A DNA stretch of 53,208 nt, taken from assembly GCA_038257035.1 (NCBI GenBank), contig JBBSJT010000004.1, positions 1-53,208 of the forward strand, read 5' to 3'. Shown in pieces: positions 48,314 to 53,208 of the stretch (positions are counted from its first letter, which is position 1; every line of letters starts with the position of its first letter). The DNA is from Chlamydiia bacterium (lineage in GTDB: Bacteria; Chlamydiota; Chlamydiia; Chlamydiales; Parachlamydiaceae). Below the pieces are notes generated by a model. That model did no database searches. It was not told the DNA's origin and was given only the letters and a program-made list of their open reading frames with translations. The translations under genes were made by a program, and so were the position numbers.

Positions 48314-49582
48314 ATGCAGCCAGAAAATAAACCTAATATTTTTAAACGCTTTTTTTTTCTAATCAAGAGTTTAATGTATTTTATTTGGGATTGCATAAAA
48401 AGTTTTCTTAATAATAATTGTTATGAAAAAGCTTCTGCCCTTTCATTTTATACCATGCTCTCGATTGTTCCTCTTTTAGCCGTCATATTTGGAATTTCTA
48501 AAGGTTTTGGGTTTGGCACATCGGTGGAATCACTTATTACTGATCGCTTTATACAACAACCTGAAATTGCAGATAAACTCATCGAGTTTGCACATTCCAA
48601 TCTTGAAAACATTAAAGGTGGCGTCATCACCGGGATCGGAAGTGCTTTCTTAATCTGGTCAGTAATCGGCCTTTTGAATAGTATTGAAACGATTTTTAAT
48701 ACTATTTTTAAAGTAACGGAGAGCAGAACTTATTCTGATAAAATTAAAGAATACCTTACCTTTCTAATTATCGCACCTCTAATTTTCGTCATATCCTCAG
48801 CCTTAAATATTTATTTGATAGGGCAAGTCTTGCAAATCTCAGGAAGCAATTTTATTGTTGAGGTATTAAGTTCTGTTGTTTTGTTTTTTTTAAATTTGTT
48901 TCCATTCTTTCTAATTTGGATTTTATTCACATTGATTTATATTTTTATTCCCAATAAAAAAATCCCCTATTATCAAGCCATTGTTGCAGGAGTCATTGCC
49001 GGAACGGCATTTCAAATTTGGCAATGGATATACATCCATTTACAACTCATTCTTTCAAGTTATGGCGCTATTTATGGAAGTTTTGCAGCCATTCCCTTAT
49101 TTATGCTCTACTTACAAATAAGCTGGTTGATTGTATTGACAGGTGCTATCATTGCAACAGAAATTGAAAAAGGATTTTTCAGAAGAGAAAAACACGCCTA
49201 TCCCCTCTCAATAAAGGTTGCAGCATTATTGATTGTCAATTATTGCATAGAGGCTTTTGTTAAGGGAAAACAACCCTATACTGCCTATCAACTTAGCAAC
49301 AAAGTTGGCATTACTTTGGAAGAATTACAACCTATAATAGACATCCTTTTAAAAAATAATATCTTACTTAAAGTAAATTTTTATAATGACTTTGGTTTTT
49401 CACCTGCACGATTGGCACACGAGATAACAATTAATCGCGTTTTAGATGCTATTGACAATAGTTATATTATACCAAGCACAATTTCAGATTCAGAAGATTT
49501 GCGTAAAATGGAAGGCATTTTAGTTGATCTGCATCAAGCGACCGTACCCATCGAGGACAAACCCTTGTATAAGGGAACTTAA
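48314..49582 (+). CDS. YihY/BrkB-family membrane protein
   Basis: ASALSFYTMLSIVP, IETIFNTIF, IYIFIPN, IYGSFAAIP...ISWLIVLTGA; C-terminal winged-helix-like region. Confidence 0.9.
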   Translation: MQPENKPNIFKRFFFLIKSLMYFIWDCIKSFLNNNCYEKASALSFYTMLSIVPLLAVIFGISKGFGFGTSVESLITDRFIQQPEIADKLIEFAHSNLENIKGGVITGIGSAFLIWSVIGLLNSIETIFNTIFKVTESRTYSDKIKEYLTFLIIAPLIFVISSALNIYLIGQVLQISGSNFIVEVLSSVVLFFLNLFPFFLIWILFTLIYIFIPNKKIPYYQAIVAGVIAGTAFQIWQWIYIHLQLILSSYGAIYGSFAAIPLFMLYLQISWLIVLTGAIIATEIEKGFFRREKHAYPLSIKVAALLIVNYCIEAFVKGKQPYTAYQLSNKVGITLEELQPIIDILLKNNILLKVNFYNDFGFSPARLAHEITINRVLDAIDNSYIIPSTISDSEDLRKMEGILVDLHQATVPIEDKPLYKGT

Positions 49583-49808
49583 GGGGCATAAGGGACATAA
49601 GGGGCTAAAGAAGGGATTTTAAAGGACATAAAGGACATAAAGGACAAAAAGGACTAAAAGGACATTTCCACCCTTTTGAAAATAGTTTCAGGATAAAGTT
49701 AATTTGGTTTAAAAATACTTTCAAAACGGTGGGCATGTCCTTTTTGTCCTTTAAGTCCTTTTTGTCCTTTTAGTCCTTTAAAATCCCCCCAAGTCCTTTT
49801 TATCCTTT
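49571..49808. repeat. Long inverted-repeat element, AAGGAC 9-mer family (B)
   Basis: Core GGGATTTTAAAGGAC (49613) ... GTCCTTTAAAATCCC (49787), inner stem CCACC..TTTGAAA / TTTCAAAACGGTGG, and outer AAGGG-repeat extension. Confidence 0.92.
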
Positions 49809-49816
49809 ATTCGCTC

Positions 49817-50437
49817 TTAGAGGCGTGTGACTTCGACCCGGTTATCTCTTTGCTGATAGAGGCTCTCCTCAATCGTTTTAATATCGAGCGCTTCACTTTG
49901 AAATGGCTCTACAGCAAGGTTTGGAACAATCGGTTGTTTGACTTCCGGTTTAACTTCAGCCAATTTTGCTTGGGAGTGCAACCTTTCAATCTGTTGCTCC
50001 AACTCTTTTATTGAACTTGCAAGCTTGTTATTTTCTTGGGCCAAAGATTGAACGGCATAATTTTTATCTTCCAAATCTTTATTAAGATTGATAATAATCT
50101 CATCTAGAGCATTTTTGGAAACATCATCTTCAAAAAGGAAAGCCTTAGCTGGTACGATCTCTTCATCATTTGCAAGATCTTCTTTGTCTAAAGAAATTGC
50201 ATTTTCAAATTGCATCATGAGCAAAAACAAGGTCAGTGAGCCGCCAATAGCAAAAAAAAGACCGAAAGAAAAAAGACTCCAGGTTTTTCCAAGTGGGTTT
50301 GAACTCATGCCATAATAGCTTAAGAACAGGATTGGTATAAAATAGAGAACGATAATGGCAAATGCAATGGTGTGTCTTGATCTAAACATAATATGCCTTT
50401 TTTTAGTTTGAAATTTTATTATAAATTCCAAGTCCAA
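49817..50437 (-). CDS. Hypothetical protein (2 TM plus coiled coil)
   Basis: 206-aa ORF; start likely at MFRSRH. Confidence 0.6.
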   Translation of the reverse strand: MDLEFIIKFQTKKRHIMFRSRHTIAFAIIVLYFIPILFLSYYGMSSNPLGKTWSLFSFGLFFAIGGSLTLFLLMMQFENAISLDKEDLANDEEIVPAKAFLFEDDVSKNALDEIIINLNKDLEDKNYAVQSLAQENNKLASSIKELEQQIERLHSQAKLAEVKPEVKQPIVPNLAVEPFQSEALDIKTIEESLYQQRDNRVEVTRL

Positions 50438-50846
50438 AAAAATAAAGAAATAAAAGAAATAAACTCACCGCATAGAGAGAGTCTTTTGTAGGAAAGGGAT
50501 TTTCCAAGGAAGAATGTGATGGGTTTTTGCTGTCGTAATAGACATCAAAGGCATTTTTAGCCTTAATTTTCATTGCATCATCTGCAGATGAGGGATTTCT
50601 AAATTTGCGATCGCTAAAAATGGTTTCACCGGTTTTCTTTTCACCATCGACAGTAAACGCATAGGTAGCCCCTACCCTAAAATCTTCGGACCCAATCTCT
50701 TCAACAAACCATTGAAGACTCTCTGCCTTTGCCAAAGATGTGAGGGAATAATAGGTGTTTAAATGATAAAGCGAACTTATGGCATAAAAGCTAAATGAGG
50801 CAAAAATAATTGCAAGAAGGCCCCATAAAACAGGATTTTTATGCAT
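50403..50846 (-). CDS. Hypothetical membrane protein (DUF3592-like)
   Basis: TM - Y.FTVDG - VYYDSKNPSHSSL - TM architecture. Confidence 0.6.
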   Translation of the reverse strand: MHKNPVLWGLLAIIFASFSFYAISSLYHLNTYYSLTSLAKAESLQWFVEEIGSEDFRVGATYAFTVDGEKKTGETIFSDRKFRNPSSADDAMKIKAKNAFDVYYDSKNPSHSSLENPFPTKDSLYAVSLFLLFLYFFGLGIYNKISN

Positions 50847-51690
50847 GCTTTGTAACCAAATTTTTCATTTCTAGCGGAAGAGGTGATTCAAAACGCATTG
50901 GCTTTTTCGTAATAGGGTGTTCAAATGCTAGTAAGTGAGCATGCAAACAAAGACGTTTTGCAGGATTGCTTGTCGAACCATATTTTTTGTCACCAACGAT
51001 TGGGTGTCCGGCACTTTGACAATGCACGCGAATTTGGTTTTTACGTCCTGTTTCAAGTTTTAATTCCAATGCAGTATAATTTCTTGCAGAACTAGTTGCT
51101 CTAAAATGAGTGATTGCAATACGACCTAAAGAGAGATCTTTTGTTTCACGCACAACATAATTTACATCTTCAACCAAATAAGATTCCCAAGTCCCCTCAG
51201 ATTCATCTAATTTGCCCTCTACAATTGCAGTATAGGCACGCTCTAACTCATGTTTTTCAAACATTTTCTTTAAAACGACATAAGCATCATCACTTAAAGC
51301 AAAAATCATAACGCCTGATGTGTCTTGATCGAGGCGATGAACGACTTGAACCTTTTTAGGCTTTAACGATTTTTTTAAAAAACAATGGGCAGTATGGCTT
51401 GCATCAAATACGGTTGCAACGCTCAATAAGCCAGATGGCTTATCAATGGCGATAATGTGCTGATCTTGATAAACGATTCTGATTTCACCAGATTTTGTAA
51501 TCTTCGCTTTATCTTGTACAGAAATCACCTGATCAGGGAACACGGTGGTGCTTCCAACTTTTTGCAATTTGCCGTCAACTTCAACGCGATCTTTTTTAAG
51601 CCAATCGCGAAGTGTATTTTTTGAGCTGCAAGAAGCAAATTCAGTAAGTGCTTCTAAAAGGGTCTGTTCTTTTTTGATAATGTATTTCAT
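50839..51690 (-). CDS. RluA-family pseudouridine synthase with S4 domain
   Basis: IDKPSGLL, VHRLDQDTSG, LETGRKNQIRVH, HPIVGDKKYG, LCLHA. Confidence 0.95.
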   Translation of the reverse strand: MKYIIKKEQTLLEALTEFASCSSKNTLRDWLKKDRVEVDGKLQKVGSTTVFPDQVISVQDKAKITKSGEIRIVYQDQHIIAIDKPSGLLSVATVFDASHTAHCFLKKSLKPKKVQVVHRLDQDTSGVMIFALSDDAYVVLKKMFEKHELERAYTAIVEGKLDESEGTWESYLVEDVNYVVRETKDLSLGRIAITHFRATSSARNYTALELKLETGRKNQIRVHCQSAGHPIVGDKKYGSTSNPAKRLCLHAHLLAFEHPITKKPMRFESPLPLEMKNLVTKHA

Positions 51691-51810
51691 GAGTCAAATG
51701 ATAGCAAAAGGCTCCATTAAAAGCAAATCAAAAAATCAATTGCTATTTATTAGAACATACATTACAATTTAAACAAATATTATATGGATAATACAATTTA
51801 AGGAAAAAAA

Positions 51811-52896
51811 ATGATTAGTAATACATCTTTTGAAACAAACTTTCAAGCTTTACCGGACAATATTCAAAATAAAATTAAAGATTATGTTCCTAATGTTATA
51901 GACCGTACTTCTCAATTACAATCAAACATAAAGGCTATTCCTGAAGATATTCGCAATTACATTAAAAGCTATGTTCCAACTATTTTAGATCGTGCCTCCC
52001 GAAATAATCTTTTTACTCAATTGCAATTAGAAACGGATAAAAAAATAGGATTATACGGAGAAAATTTAATCCTTAAAGGTCTTCATCTTTGTGATCAATT
52101 ATTTGAAGCTGAAAAAAGCTGGAATTTTCAAAAAACCAAGTGTGAAAATAACATAGTCCTAAATAGCATTCCTAAAAACCATTGGTATAAACCGGTTCCC
52201 GGTCTTTTTACCGCTGCACTCAACAATCCTACGGAATCTCGAAAAGCTTTAAATGCGCTTTCTTTCATAAACTACGGAGCAGATGAGGCGGTTAGACAAC
52301 TTGAAGTTATTAGTCTAACCGAGGATATTAAAATTCAGCTCGATTCAGATTTTAGTACAATAAGTAAAACAATCAATTCTTTGTTACAAATGATTCGCCA
52401 GAAAAGAAACACTGAGCAAACTATTTATAATGCTTGCGGGGGTAAAGACAAATTCCATGATTTAAAAATTCTTCCTTTGGAAGATCTTAAAGATATAAGC
52501 TTACATGATAAAATCCATGTTGGCGAGAGCCTCATGCGAGGATTACTTAGGGACTGCCCTCTCATCGCCATAAGTTTGCAAGAATCAAAACCTTTAGCTA
52601 AAAATTTAAATACCATAACTTTACTGATGCAATCAGATAAGAATGATCCAACAAAGTGGCACAATTTCGGCCTTACGGGTTTAATGCACAATGATTTAGG
52701 TTTTGTTAACGAGTTTGGAATTAAAAGAGGAGCGACAGGGAATTTCGCTATTAAAGATAAAGACAGCATGGAATACTTACACCACACCTATTATGATTTA
52801 TTTCCGACTGTAAAGCAATTGTTAACTACAGGTAGCGCCCTTTATAATCCGAAAAATCCCGCTCATGGCATGTTCAAGCTCGTCAAACAGGGTTGA
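51811..52896 (+). CDS. Hypothetical protein with a duplicated N-terminal motif (putative effector)
   Basis: NFQALPDNIQNKIKDYVPNVIDRTS / NIKAIPEDIRNYIKSYVPTILDRAS; AAGGA RBS. Confidence 0.7.
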   Translation: MISNTSFETNFQALPDNIQNKIKDYVPNVIDRTSQLQSNIKAIPEDIRNYIKSYVPTILDRASRNNLFTQLQLETDKKIGLYGENLILKGLHLCDQLFEAEKSWNFQKTKCENNIVLNSIPKNHWYKPVPGLFTAALNNPTESRKALNALSFINYGADEAVRQLEVISLTEDIKIQLDSDFSTISKTINSLLQMIRQKRNTEQTIYNACGGKDKFHDLKILPLEDLKDISLHDKIHVGESLMRGLLRDCPLIAISLQESKPLAKNLNTITLLMQSDKNDPTKWHNFGLTGLMHNDLGFVNEFGIKRGATGNFAIKDKDSMEYLHHTYYDLFPTVKQLLTTGSALYNPKNPAHGMFKLVKQG

Positions 52897-52917
52897 TGTT
52901 AAACCGACAGCAGTTAT

Positions 52918-53089
52918 TAGCCGCGGATGCGGCGGCAGCATGTAGCCACGGGTGTCAACCCGTGGTCAAGAATAATATATAATTAGCTGCGTTAGCTGCG
53001 ACAGAATCATAAACTAAATCGACACTTTTTTTTCTGTCGCCACTACGTGGCTTATATTTAATATTATATTTAACCACGGGTTGACACCC
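52918..53089. repeat. REP-like inverted doublet (second copy truncated)
   Basis: GTAGCCACGGGTGTCAACCCGTGG (52942-52965) and inverted CCACGGGTTGACACCC (53074-53089), with inner GCGACAGAA / TTCTGTCGC pair. Confidence 0.8.
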
Positions 53090-53208
53090 ATATGCGTTAA
53101 GCTAAGCAACTTTCAGCCCTAAGTTGCTGGTTTCCAACTTGTAATAACCTCGACCTGCATTAATACTTTGTCTTAATGTTGGTCGCTTTCTTTTATCTTT
53201 ACAAAGTC

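Noticed and set aside
1..53208. tRNA, rRNA, prophage, integrase or anti-phage defence genes
   Set aside because: None recognisable by eye; GC-rich intergenic stretches are explained by the repeat families, and DinG lacks any cas context

Overview
AT-rich bacterial chromosome segment, most likely from an environmental Chlamydiota (Parachlamydiales-like) genome. This is inferred from the UAP1-type pyrophosphorylase-gpsA pair, stand-alone nqrA, sigma66-like rpoD, and several F-box/effector-like genes. Coding content: partial LysR regulator, phosphoribosyltransferase, PhoB/PhoR-like two-component genes, a MoxR-DUF58 cluster, rmlA-rmlB-wzm-wzt-GT2-wzy-like polysaccharide genes, nnr, gpsA, nqrA, an intact IS3-family element, YjbH, a Zn-dehydrogenase, DinG, rpoD, CoiA, a DUF948/YtxH/AI-2E/YihY group and RluA. 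The most striking signal is non-coding. Many of the larger intergenic gaps hold a long inverted-repeat element whose arms are built from 8-9-nt periodic units. I count 16 two-armed copies in six sequence families, plus orphan arms and REP-like doublets. The families share a GATTTTTT(A/C) boundary and show arm-to-arm covariation. They nest inside each other, one is targeted by the IS3, and one pair brackets a whole F-box gene. No cognate mobilising enzyme is visible in the window. A COLGALT1-like glycosyltransferase and a diverged 300-bp duplicate of part of the DUF58 gene are also notable. All family calls come from motif recognition by eye, not database searches.
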